DNA from: an uncultured Lentisphaerales bacterium
GTDB taxonomy: Bacteria; Verrucomicrobiota; Lentisphaeria; JABSQK01; UBA12247
Reading direction: 5' to 3'
DNA length: 64,000 nt
Assembly: GCA_943788985.1 (NCBI GenBank)
Contig: CALSSJ010000010.1
Span: 289,323-353,322 of the forward strand
A program made the position numbers and the translations under genes. A model generated the notes under the pieces. That model was not told the origin of the DNA, did not search any database, and saw only the letters and a list, made by a program, of their open reading frames with translations. The first letter of the stretch is position 1. Every line of letters begins with the position of its first letter. Shown here in pieces: positions 48,801-57,300 of this stretch.

Positions 48801-50763
48801 CGGCGCGTGCTTGGTCTGCCGCATCAAGGGCGTCCCGTTGGGCACGAGCCTCAGCCAACTGCTTCTTGTTCTCCTTATCGATTATCTGCTCGGCCATTTT
48901 CTCGGCTTGAGCAAGGCGTCGAAGTTCGACGTCGCGGGCTTGTTGCGCGGCATCCGCTTCGGCAGTAGCACGCTTGCGATGTTGCTCTGCACGAGCCCAT
49001 GCCTGTTGGTGCTCAGCATGACGCTGCTCGGCTGCTCGGACCTGCGCTACAATTGGTGCGTTGTACTCCTTGGCGCTTGCAAGCGCCTGCTGGGCCTCGC
49101 CTGCTTGCATCTTCGCGTGTCCCAAAGCTTCGCGATATTGGGCGATCTGATACTCGATTTGGGTCGCTTCCTGGCGAATAGTCAGGGCCTTCTCCTGCGC
49201 CTTGCGCATGGCCTTGGTCGCCTTGTTGCGCTCGCGCTGCCCGTCGGCAGCAGCGGCCAACTGTGTTTTCGCGCGCACATCGGCATTGAGATAGACGAGA
49301 CGCTCGGTCAGGGTGTTGCGGCGGGTCGTTTCTCCTTCAATTTTGGCACTCAGTGCTGAAACGGTCTTCGTACTATCCTCATACATGCCGCGTGCCGAAT
49401 CCATGTCCTTCATCTTGACGTGCATCTCACGATTTAGGCGGTCCCGTTCCTGCTCGCGAAGCTTTGTCTGGCGTGCCGCCTCCGCGACGCGTCGCTCGGC
49501 GTCGGCAGCGGCTTCTGCTGCTGCGCGATCGGCGGACTCTCGCTTCGCTACGGCGCGTTGGGCTGCCGCGTAGGGCTCGTAGCGCTTGAGTGCTTGTTGG
49601 AGGCGCTCGTCTGCGTGAGTTGCGGAGCGTTGCGCGTGTTCGACCTTGAAGGCGAGGCGGGATACTTCTGCTTGGAGTTTGGTCAGTTCGGTGCTGGCTG
49701 CGGCTGCCTGCTTCTCTAGTGCGCGGGTTCGCTGCCGAGCTTCATCTCGAGCAGCGTCGTCGCGCGCCGTCTCGATGTCGCGGGACGAAGCCTTGGCTGC
49801 TGCGAGTGCTTCGCGGTAGCGGCGCTCTACCTGGCTTTCTCGTTGCTGTGCGTCGGCGAGTTGGTGGGTGAGGGAGGCTGCGTCGCGATGAGCGGTCTTA
49901 TATTCGGATTGCCGCTGCGAAAATGCCAGCTCTGCTTGGATTTCTTCGGATTTTCCGGAGAGGCGTGCTTTTTCTTCGGTAGCGAACTGGCCATCCATCT
50001 TGGCAGCTATCTCGGCTGTGGTCTTGGCGCGGTGCTGACTTTGGGAAAGTACTGCCCTTGCCTGCTCCAAGCGTACGTCGTGGGCGGCAATGTCGCCGCG
50101 GATCACCTTGAGACGGTGCTCTGCATCTGCCAAGCGATCTGCTGGGCCCTGGGCCCCGAAAAGGCGGTTGAAGAAACCGCCCTTCTTCACTGCGGTCTTC
50201 GCATCCTGCTTGATTCCGGCTGTAGATGCATTGGTGCCGTCAATCAGTGACTCCTCCTGCGCCTGGGCGCGGGCGAGTTCTTTCTCTAGCTTGCTGAGTT
50301 TTTCGGCGGCCGCTCGTATTCGTGCCTGGTCGGCTTGAGCTTTGGCTGCGTTGTGCTGTGCGCGGGCCACGTTCACTGCTGAACGAAGATTGGTGACTTG
50401 TTGGCTAGCAATCTCCCGCTGCTGGAGGCGATGGGCCCGGTTGGATGCGTGGGTGTTGCCGATCGGGCCGTCTGGTGAGCTGGCTTCGTTCAAGGCCTTC
50501 TGGGCTGCCTCGAGTTCGTTTAGCGCTGTTTCCTCGGCGGAGCGGTGCTCATCAAGCGCGGCTTCGAGGTCAACCACGCGCTGGGCCTGCCTCGTGAGGT
50601 TCCGTTCTGCGCCCTCAGCTTCGCGCTCGGCCGCGGCACGCTCAGAGTTACTAACAGCTAATACGCCAAGCGTTAGAAGTGCGCTAGTTGCCGCTAGTAC
50701 GGTAACGACATGGCGCGTTCGCCTGTCGAGATGCAACGCAAGCAGCTGCTTGTAATATGCCAT
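45871..50763 (-). CDS. Atypical TpsB (ShlB/FhaC/HecB family) outer-membrane transporter with a ~1,000-aa N-terminal coiled-coil extension (1,630 aa)
   Basis: The C-terminal ~520 aa show POTRA-like 'LQDAGYVFATV...LKFRVHVG...VTVSNN', 'NTGT', the loop-6 'GGANDVRGY...GDSG...EVRTP', 'FYDFG', 'SVGAGFR', 'DYGWPL' and a terminal aromatic (VKW). The N-terminus has a hydrophobic signal or anchor followed by A/E/R/K/Q-rich helical sequence. Confidence 0.88.
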   Translation of the reverse strand: MAYYKQLLALHLDRRTRHVVTVLAATSALLTLGVLAVSNSERAAAEREAEGAERNLTRQAQRVVDLEAALDEHRSAEETALNELEAAQKALNEASSPDGPIGNTHASNRAHRLQQREIASQQVTNLRSAVNVARAQHNAAKAQADQARIRAAAEKLSKLEKELARAQAQEESLIDGTNASTAGIKQDAKTAVKKGGFFNRLFGAQGPADRLADAEHRLKVIRGDIAAHDVRLEQARAVLSQSQHRAKTTAEIAAKMDGQFATEEKARLSGKSEEIQAELAFSQRQSEYKTAHRDAASLTHQLADAQQRESQVERRYREALAAAKASSRDIETARDDAARDEARQRTRALEKQAAAASTELTKLQAEVSRLAFKVEHAQRSATHADERLQQALKRYEPYAAAQRAVAKRESADRAAAEAAADAERRVAEAARQTKLREQERDRLNREMHVKMKDMDSARGMYEDSTKTVSALSAKIEGETTRRNTLTERLVYLNADVRAKTQLAAAADGQRERNKATKAMRKAQEKALTIRQEATQIEYQIAQYREALGHAKMQAGEAQQALASAKEYNAPIVAQVRAAEQRHAEHQQAWARAEQHRKRATAEADAAQQARDVELRRLAQAEKMAEQIIDKENKKQLAEARAQRDALDAADQARAAEQQRLVAARENTARTAAEAKAQGEAEAARVRAAELAAQLAATEKARLEQAATKSRANADKKTPTVIAQVPTQTTKSRREIDRDRRAAAKAAKERAKRSKRDAEQLARAKAREAKAQTERNEAEQEAAERRERHIAAQKKAEIKTPEVPGNVDRIEADQQRIVSQETTEKDDREREAAEQAAREAERERARQERLAAKQTKEEQLADKRKDRDELRLAARQAELEADRDRVAARAEAEGERRTQIAKSELKQVRDERDAAETEMQRKSRLDLDAAQKDFNISQLEANLKETEMINVQRAIRELEQREREAKMLMVQKSQESSQASGQAEWRAKLIELNAAQTHAEDIMQELKEYRYREAKAQIDADQSRKQLELARIRLNEAQKTWDLYEEANKAQRISATIGSGIEEIRSKIDRAKVEAGTAGPGEISYKGAWPPEGGEEESISARAAKESGTKYDINAVVVTGDREPVINLENWEDYENDALYAPMSEGDVESFRQRLLKDLQDAGYVFATVSVYKHSLSLGFLKFRVHVGQKGEVTVSNNRWYTAEQILNAVRWETNKRFNYRNLYANLFEFNAKPDIRLDTKLQPRVDEFGNRIIDVEVDVEDDWPLHLALSLANTGTAETSDWRMRTTVQHLNLTKRNDALTTEWLTDPKDLNTVNAFSASYYLPLEDQRGLTLYGGFSASDIKDVSSEFDIIGEGWYLGMQYSKVLADSDERRWDATFGWILQASQTEIGFAKQTVQAPTEARVSMPSFRLGYSAKDFDKSGGRNYFSNTLSANFAGKLGASKASKFTEGSAHSEGNFAINRFSYARLQRLFEGEDQPGRWTAMLRLDAQLSSNELYPSLKKRMGGANDVRGYEESEVSGDSGVTGTVEVRTPLSHNFIPGLTRSEEYMRRNPEDWMSHRLQLVGFYDFGKVQNNTPQPGESADQGFHSVGAGFRLGLTKYSDLKFDYGWPLSDSESNGGKGHVNVGVKW

Positions 50764-51119
50764 AATTGGACCTTTAAGGAATGCAATATTGTGTGGTAAG
50801 TCGTTGTTGTCTAGAGCTTAGTGAATATTCGAGAAGATGTCAAAAAGTCCCGAAAATGATGATGGTTCTAGTAGCGCTTAGGCCGGCTTCAGAAAAAACT
50901 CCCGTCGCGGCAGTGATTTGATTCGTCTGGTAATATAAAAAGTCAGTCCTTAAAAGCAAACGATTTTCCCGGTTTTCAGGCAGTAGCTCGTGGCTCGCGC
51001 GAGGCGCGCCACGGGGCCTGCCGTCGGGCTGGGTGCTTAGTGACCAACTTGGACCGTGTCGTAGATGGCGCACCTTGTGCTGTGGGTTATGGTGTCTGGG
51101 CACCCTGATCAGGAACGAC

Positions 51120-53066
51120 ATGCACGCCTCACTTCTCACCTTCCTCGAGTTGACGGTCATACTCGTGAGCTTCATGCTATTGCACAGCATGAAGCCCATG
51201 CTTGGCTCAGGGGTTTTCTATGTGGCGATGGGTACGTCGCTCGTGATGTCGCAGATGTTGACGGCCGCTGGTATGCATTCGGCTGTGGGAATGTCTGGGA
51301 TGCAATTAGAGGTTGGTACTGCTATTTTCTTTCCGCCGATGATGGCGGCTCTCCTGATCACCTACGTGCTTGATGGTACTTTGGCAGCGCAGCGGCTGGT
51401 GGCGGGCATTGCAGTGGCCGCAGGATTATTTTTCTTTCTCAGCTATCTGTCTGAGTTGCAGTGCACGATTCGGGGTTTTGAGTTGTCCCCATTCGTGCCC
51501 GGTTCATTTATTTCGTCGCTGTTGGGCGGCGCTAGGCGCTATATGGCTGCGGCGTTGTTGGCGATTCTGGTCCAGTTTCTAGTTCTGCCGGTGACGTATC
51601 AGGCGATCCGGCTGCGCGAGTGTGGTGTGGGCAGTTCCGTTTTCGGCGCGCTGATGGCTACACAGGTGCTTGATACGTTTTTCTACGAGTTGGTAACCGA
51701 GTACCCAGCCGATGATTGGTGGTATGGCTTGGGGGGGACGTTTGCAGCCAAGGCTGTGGCGATGGTTTGGGTAGCGGCGCTTACTTCCTGGTATATTCAC
51801 CACTATCATCACAGCGGAACGGGAATCGATGACGCCCGACGGCCTTTCGATCTGATCAGCGATTTGCTGAGTCGGACAGGTAGGAGGCGCCGGCTTCAAG
51901 CAAGCGTGCGCGAATGGGAGGGACGCTACAGGGTCGTGGTGGAAAATACGAATGATCTGATCGTACTGGCAGATGAAAGCGGCACCATTTTGGACGCGAA
52001 TTATCGTGCGTTGGAGAGTTTTGGGCGTTCGCTGGAGGAGCTGGGTGGGATTGGGGTGACAGACCTGTTCGATACGGAGGATTCACCAGGCTGGCTGGAT
52101 ATTTGGAACGTGCTGTACGAGGATGGCGGTGCAGCGGTGTACAACCGGCATGACCTGAAGTTGCGGACGGCCACGGAGTTGCCGATTGTGGTGGACCTTG
52201 CGGCGTCACCGCTGCCCTTGCGCCAGAGCCCGGCTGTGTTGGTTACGCTTCATGACGTGAGTCGGCGCTATGAGTTGGAGCAGGAGAAGGACGCGTTGCG
52301 GGATCGGTTTGTCTATCTGGAGCGCATGGAGGCGGTCGGTAAGCTGGCAGGCGGAATCGCGCATGATTTCAACAACCTTCTACACGCGATCCAGGGAAGT
52401 CTCGACTACATGGCGCGAAACGATGACCCGGCGGCGCGAAAGCAAGCGGTGAAGAACATTGATGTGGCGACCAAGCGCGCTGAGGACCTAACCGGGCAGT
52501 TGCTGGCATATGCGCGTGGTGGGAAGTATGAAGTTTCGCGAATTGATATTGGAAAGTTGGTGCGTGAAACTGAAGATCTGTTTCGACCGATGGTTGCCAA
52601 CCACCACGACCTTCGTGTGGTGGTGCATCCCGACCCGATGTTTGCCTCGGGTGATAGGACGCAGCTCCAGCAGGTCGTCCTGAATTTATTGCTAAATGCC
52701 CAAGAGGCACTGCCGGAATCGCAGGGGAGGATTACCGTGCGGGTGGAGCCTGTCCTGGATCACACGCCTGGCTGGAAAAATGCGCAAGAGCGGTCTGACT
52801 CTGTCTGTGATTTCGTGATTCGCGTAAGAGACAGCGGTTGCGGGATTTCGCCTGAGGTCGAAAAACGGATTTTTGAGCCGTTCTTCACCACGAAGACCGG
52901 AAAGGGGACTGGGATGGGCTTGGCCATGGCGTATGGCTGCATCGAGAATCACCATGGCGTGCTGCATGTCGAAAGCCAGGAAGGGGAGGGGACCGAATTT
53001 TTTGTATTCTTGCCCAGCGCCTCACGGACGGAGTTGCCTGAAATACTGGCAGCTACGGGTGACTGA
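51120..53066 (+). CDS. Membrane sensor histidine kinase (multi-TM VUT/YhhQ-like input, PAS, HisKA, HATPase)
   Basis: AGGA RBS before ATG 51120; about 7 hydrophobic segments; PAS 'RYRVVVENTNDLI...ANY'; H-box 'AGGIAHDFNNLL'; 'QVVLNLLLNA', 'DSGCG', 'FEPFFTTK..GTGMGL'. Confidence 0.92.
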   Translation: MHASLLTFLELTVILVSFMLLHSMKPMLGSGVFYVAMGTSLVMSQMLTAAGMHSAVGMSGMQLEVGTAIFFPPMMAALLITYVLDGTLAAQRLVAGIAVAAGLFFFLSYLSELQCTIRGFELSPFVPGSFISSLLGGARRYMAAALLAILVQFLVLPVTYQAIRLRECGVGSSVFGALMATQVLDTFFYELVTEYPADDWWYGLGGTFAAKAVAMVWVAALTSWYIHHYHHSGTGIDDARRPFDLISDLLSRTGRRRRLQASVREWEGRYRVVVENTNDLIVLADESGTILDANYRALESFGRSLEELGGIGVTDLFDTEDSPGWLDIWNVLYEDGGAAVYNRHDLKLRTATELPIVVDLAASPLPLRQSPAVLVTLHDVSRRYELEQEKDALRDRFVYLERMEAVGKLAGGIAHDFNNLLHAIQGSLDYMARNDDPAARKQAVKNIDVATKRAEDLTGQLLAYARGGKYEVSRIDIGKLVRETEDLFRPMVANHHDLRVVVHPDPMFASGDRTQLQQVVLNLLLNAQEALPESQGRITVRVEPVLDHTPGWKNAQERSDSVCDFVIRVRDSGCGISPEVEKRIFEPFFTTKTGKGTGMGLAMAYGCIENHHGVLHVESQEGEGTEFFVFLPSASRTELPEILAATGD

Positions 53067-54216
53067 ATACCAGTGTTTTCGCGGATGCTGAGCTGTTGTA
53101 GAACAGCAGCGCTTCGCCGACGGGAACTGGTTGGCTGGGGACGCTCCATGCACCTGCGACGAAGGTAATCTCCTCCCAATCCTGTGCAGAGAAGTTCCAG
53201 AGCCGAACTCGGTCTCCTTCGGTTGGGCCTGACGAAAATGCCGCAGCCAGCAGTCGTTGTTCCGGGTAGGGCGTGCCGAGCATCTGCCAGGATTCTGCCG
53301 GAACGGTCCTGCTTACTGTTGCATCTGCAAGGACAGCCCCGGCTAGTACTTTCGACTGGGGCGCTGTCTTGGCGGTCAGCATGTAGCCGGCGCCGGTGCC
53401 GCCGTTGAGGCGGGTTGTCGGCAATGAGGTGTCCGTGCCATCGATGAGCCAGCCGTTACCCGATTGGCTGTAGCGATTAAAATGCGTTCCGGTCCACACG
53501 TGCCACCAGTCACCATCTGCACCATCTCTGGCGAGCTGGGGGCTGATCCCCTGAGCGTGAGCTGTGTTTAGGCCATCGTCAAATGGCGAGCATATGGAAA
53601 TGGTCTGATCAACCAGCAGTTCGCGCAGTTGTGCGCCTACTGTGGCGGACGAAGATCCGCGCACAACTTGTACGGTCAGTGAGATAGTCGATATCGTCAA
53701 GGGGAGCCCGAGCCCGTTCTCATCCTGCGCCGCGACATTACGCAGTGAGATGCTATGGATTCCTTCACTCAGCGTAGGAGGCATTTGTAGGGTGACGGTT
53801 TCCGTCATGAAATCTCCCGTGTACGATAGCTGTGAGGCGAGCACTGAGGTGTCGAAGGAAAAATCATAGAGGTCGCTGTCTCCAGCGTGGAGATTCTGAC
53901 TGATCGAGATGTCATTAATCCCTTCAGGAGGAACGGACTGGTCGTCGTCCTCTGTGTCCCAGTCCAATGCCGCATAGCTCCGCGTCAGAAGCGTCCAATC
54001 GGCGCCGGGCATCACGACGTCATAGCGAAGAGCGCCGATGTCTGCAGTGGTAAATCCGTGAATCACCAGCGGGAGGGTTCCGCCCGGAGCGACCGCTGCC
54101 GGGCCGGTCGAGATCCCAGTGTCTTGCTGGCTGCGGATGGTTAGGTCCAGGGACTGTGCCATGCTGCCTATTGCGGCGAGCACGATTGCAACAACTATTG
54201 ACACCTGATGTTGCAT
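53053..54216 (-). CDS. Secreted hypothetical protein (cohesin-like N-domain plus two C-terminal 'GWN'-type repeats)
   Basis: Signal peptide MQHQVSIVVAIVLAAIGSMA; 'VAPGGTLPLVI...DIGALRYDV...SISLRNVAAQDENG'; C-terminal 'SWQMLGTPYP...VRLWN...VGEALLFYN'. Confidence 0.7.
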   Translation of the reverse strand: MQHQVSIVVAIVLAAIGSMAQSLDLTIRSQQDTGISTGPAAVAPGGTLPLVIHGFTTADIGALRYDVVMPGADWTLLTRSYAALDWDTEDDDQSVPPEGINDISISQNLHAGDSDLYDFSFDTSVLASQLSYTGDFMTETVTLQMPPTLSEGIHSISLRNVAAQDENGLGLPLTISTISLTVQVVRGSSSATVGAQLRELLVDQTISICSPFDDGLNTAHAQGISPQLARDGADGDWWHVWTGTHFNRYSQSGNGWLIDGTDTSLPTTRLNGGTGAGYMLTAKTAPQSKVLAGAVLADATVSRTVPAESWQMLGTPYPEQRLLAAAFSSGPTEGDRVRLWNFSAQDWEEITFVAGAWSVPSQPVPVGEALLFYNSSASAKTLVFSHP

Positions 54217-54309
54217 AAATCCCTTCTGGGTGAGATGGTTAGCCCCTAATGTGACCGTCTGTCGAGATCAGACTATACGTTCGATCGATCCTCACCGCAA
54301 GATTGTACC

Positions 54310-57300
54310 ATGCGCCTTCTTCCTTCTCATGTCGTTCTTCTGGGCGCTGCCCTGTGCTTCACCTTGTCAGTGAACTTGAGTGCCACGGTTTATCGCGTTG
54401 GCCCCGGCCGGGCACTGGAAAGCATCGGAGACGTGCCATGGGAAGTGATTTCCGCCGGAGATCTGGTGGAGATTTACTGGCGTTCGACACCATACCGCGA
54501 CAAATTCATTATCGCCGGCCAGGGCAGCGCGGCTGCGCCGATCGTAGTGCGGGGCATTCCAAACCCAGCGGGAGAGCTTCCGGTGCTGGATGGCTGGGGC
54601 GCGACCACGCGCACGGAACTAAGCTACGCCGGTGAATCCCGCGGGATCATAAAAATAGGCTACAGCATTATCCCTATCCGTCCACCGTCTTGTGAGTATC
54701 TAGAGAGTAAGGGCTTTGACTGTGATTGGGCATTTGTTAGGGATGCTATTGAGCGGAACCCGTACGCTGGCGACCCAATGTTTATAACTGTTGAGGGATT
54801 CCATATTAAACATGCGCGACCTGGGGAGCATGACGGGCATGACTTCCTAGACGACTCAGGCAACAATCTTTGGACCGACCATTCTAGGGATAGAATACGA
54901 ATTGACGAAGATGGAAACGAGTACATTGACCACGCTGATGATAACTTGGTTGCCGTAAAATATCAAGTAAATGCGGCTGGTATCTTTATCGAAAGTGGAA
55001 GAAATATCACAATTAGGAACTGCATTTTTGAAGATGGCGGGAATGGGATATTCTCGGATGAATTTACCCATGACCTGTTGATCGAAGGATGCCGTTTTAC
55101 TGGGAATGGTACAGTTGGCAGCGATCGTCAACATAATGCCTATACCGAAGCCCACGGAGTTACCTACCAATACAATTGGATGGGGTCGCTGCGCGATGGT
55201 GCTGCCGGGAATAACCTCAAGGATCGCTCGAGTGATACCGTCATTCGCTATAACTGGATAGAAGGGGGCGGGCGGCAGATTGACCTTGTCGATACCGGGA
55301 GTCAGGACGTCTTTAACGACGCCGGCTACCAGAATACTTATGTCTACGGAAATGTTCTAATTGAGACCCATGACGAGGGGAATCGGCAGATTGTTCACTT
55401 TGGCGGAGATCAGCCGGATGTCAGCCTCTACCGCAAGGGGAATCTCTACTTCCACCACAATACTGTTCTGTCCTATCGGACCAGCGTGACCTCACTTTTT
55501 CGTCTTCACAATCATGGGCAGGTCTATTGCCGAAATAATATTATATATTTAGCAGTAAATACGGCGACAAGTGCACTGAGTATTATGGATATTGACGAAG
55601 ACCCGGTGTTGAATATTGAATTTTCCAGGAATTGGGTCAATCAAGGTGTTGTGGTGCAACATCAATTCGGTACAGTGTCGGACCTTATTCAGACTAAAGA
55701 TCCGGGATTTGGAGATTTGGTGGGTGGGGATCTTACTCTACGAGGGGACTCAGTTTGTCGGGATGTTTCCTTCGCTTTGGTTGGCAATGGGGCCTCTCAC
55801 CCGGCGCTTTGTGAGTACCAGTTGCATCAGTATGGATCTGCCCGCCGGGCCTCTGGGACGTCAGACTTAGGAGCTTTTGAGTATCAGCTGCCCGCGGCCA
55901 TTGCGGGCTCCGCAAATGATACGATCAGAACTGACGAAGACGTTGCGTTTGTGGGATTCGCCGCGAACGGAGTGCTTGTGAACGACTTCCTGCCACGCAA
56001 GAAAGGGGTGGTCCCGATTGTGCTGACCGAGCCCCAAAAGGGCCACGTGAGGATGCAATCCGATGGCGGACTTACCTACACCCCAGATGCCGATGCGAAT
56101 GGAAGCGATAGCTTTACCTATGCACTTGTGGAGTTGCCGCCTCAGATCATCAGCGCCATTGCGACCTACGGCGATGCTTACGACTTGGCCTACTCTGCCG
56201 GAGATAGAGTGAAGATTGTCTTCGACACGCCGACGGATTGGGCCGGCGGTAGCGGACTCCATGGTAAGTCGACGGTCGACTCACTCTTTCAGATTCGGGG
56301 CGCTGCGGGGCTGGAAGTGATCGGGGCGGATTACCAAGGCTGTTGGAAGTCCAATACGTGCTACGAGATCACGGTGCAAGATATCACTGGAGCAGACGCG
56401 ATCGCGCCAGGGGCGTCCTATGTGCGGCCGGTTGGCGCCTTGCCGATCCGTTCTGCGAGCGGGCTCTCCGACCCGGCTTTCCAGGATTCACCCGTACTCA
56501 GTGGAATGTTTGAGTTGGCCCCCATCCAGTGGACCAGCCTTGTGAATGCAGCGGCGGAGCCAGACGGGACGCTCTCGGAGACGAGCGATTCAGCGTCCGG
56601 CTGGGTCGGGGGTGGTGTTTCCGTGCAATCAGTCAGTGAGGGGAATGGAATTGCTACCTACGTGGTGCACGAGCCAGCGCGCTGGGTGGCGATCGGCTGG
56701 GGGGATGGCAATCCGGGCATTTCCCATCTGGAGATGGACTTCTGCTTGAAGATTCACAGCCAGAATGCGCTCGCAGTCTACGAGTTTGGACAGATCGTGA
56801 AGGTGCCAGGAAATCCACTCGTGATTGTCAAGCCTGGGGACCAGCTTGCCGTGGAACTGCGGGACGGTGCGGTGCTGTATTGGTATAATGGCACCGTGCA
56901 CCACACATCCACCCGAACCACTGCTGACTCTGTGTTCCCGCTGTATGTGGATGTGTCTTTGGGGGCATTGGCGAAGGCGATCCGGGCATGGGTCGGTCTC
57001 CCAGCCACTGAGGTCGAGCCAGCGGCATCAGCCTATATTGCGCAGGCAGCGGAGCGGATTGCAGACTCCGCAACGGTCAGTGTGCAGATCGCCCCAGTGC
57101 CAGATTTGCCTGCCTTGGAGCGAGTTGCCACTACCGCTTCCGAGGTTTCCTCCGTCCCCAACGTGGCCACGGCTCTGGCGGCCCCACTGCATTGGCACGT
57201 ATACGATCCAGATGGACGGATTACAGGGTGGTACGCGAGCTTGGCCAACGGGCAGCCCCCGGTGGACTCCGGGCTCTGGCTGCCAAATCCACCTGACTCG

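Noticed and set aside
47560..50650. SMC, TolA or phage tape-measure protein
   Set aside because: There are no Walker motifs, no TolA C-domain and no phage genes nearby, and the coiled coil is continuous with a TpsB barrel.
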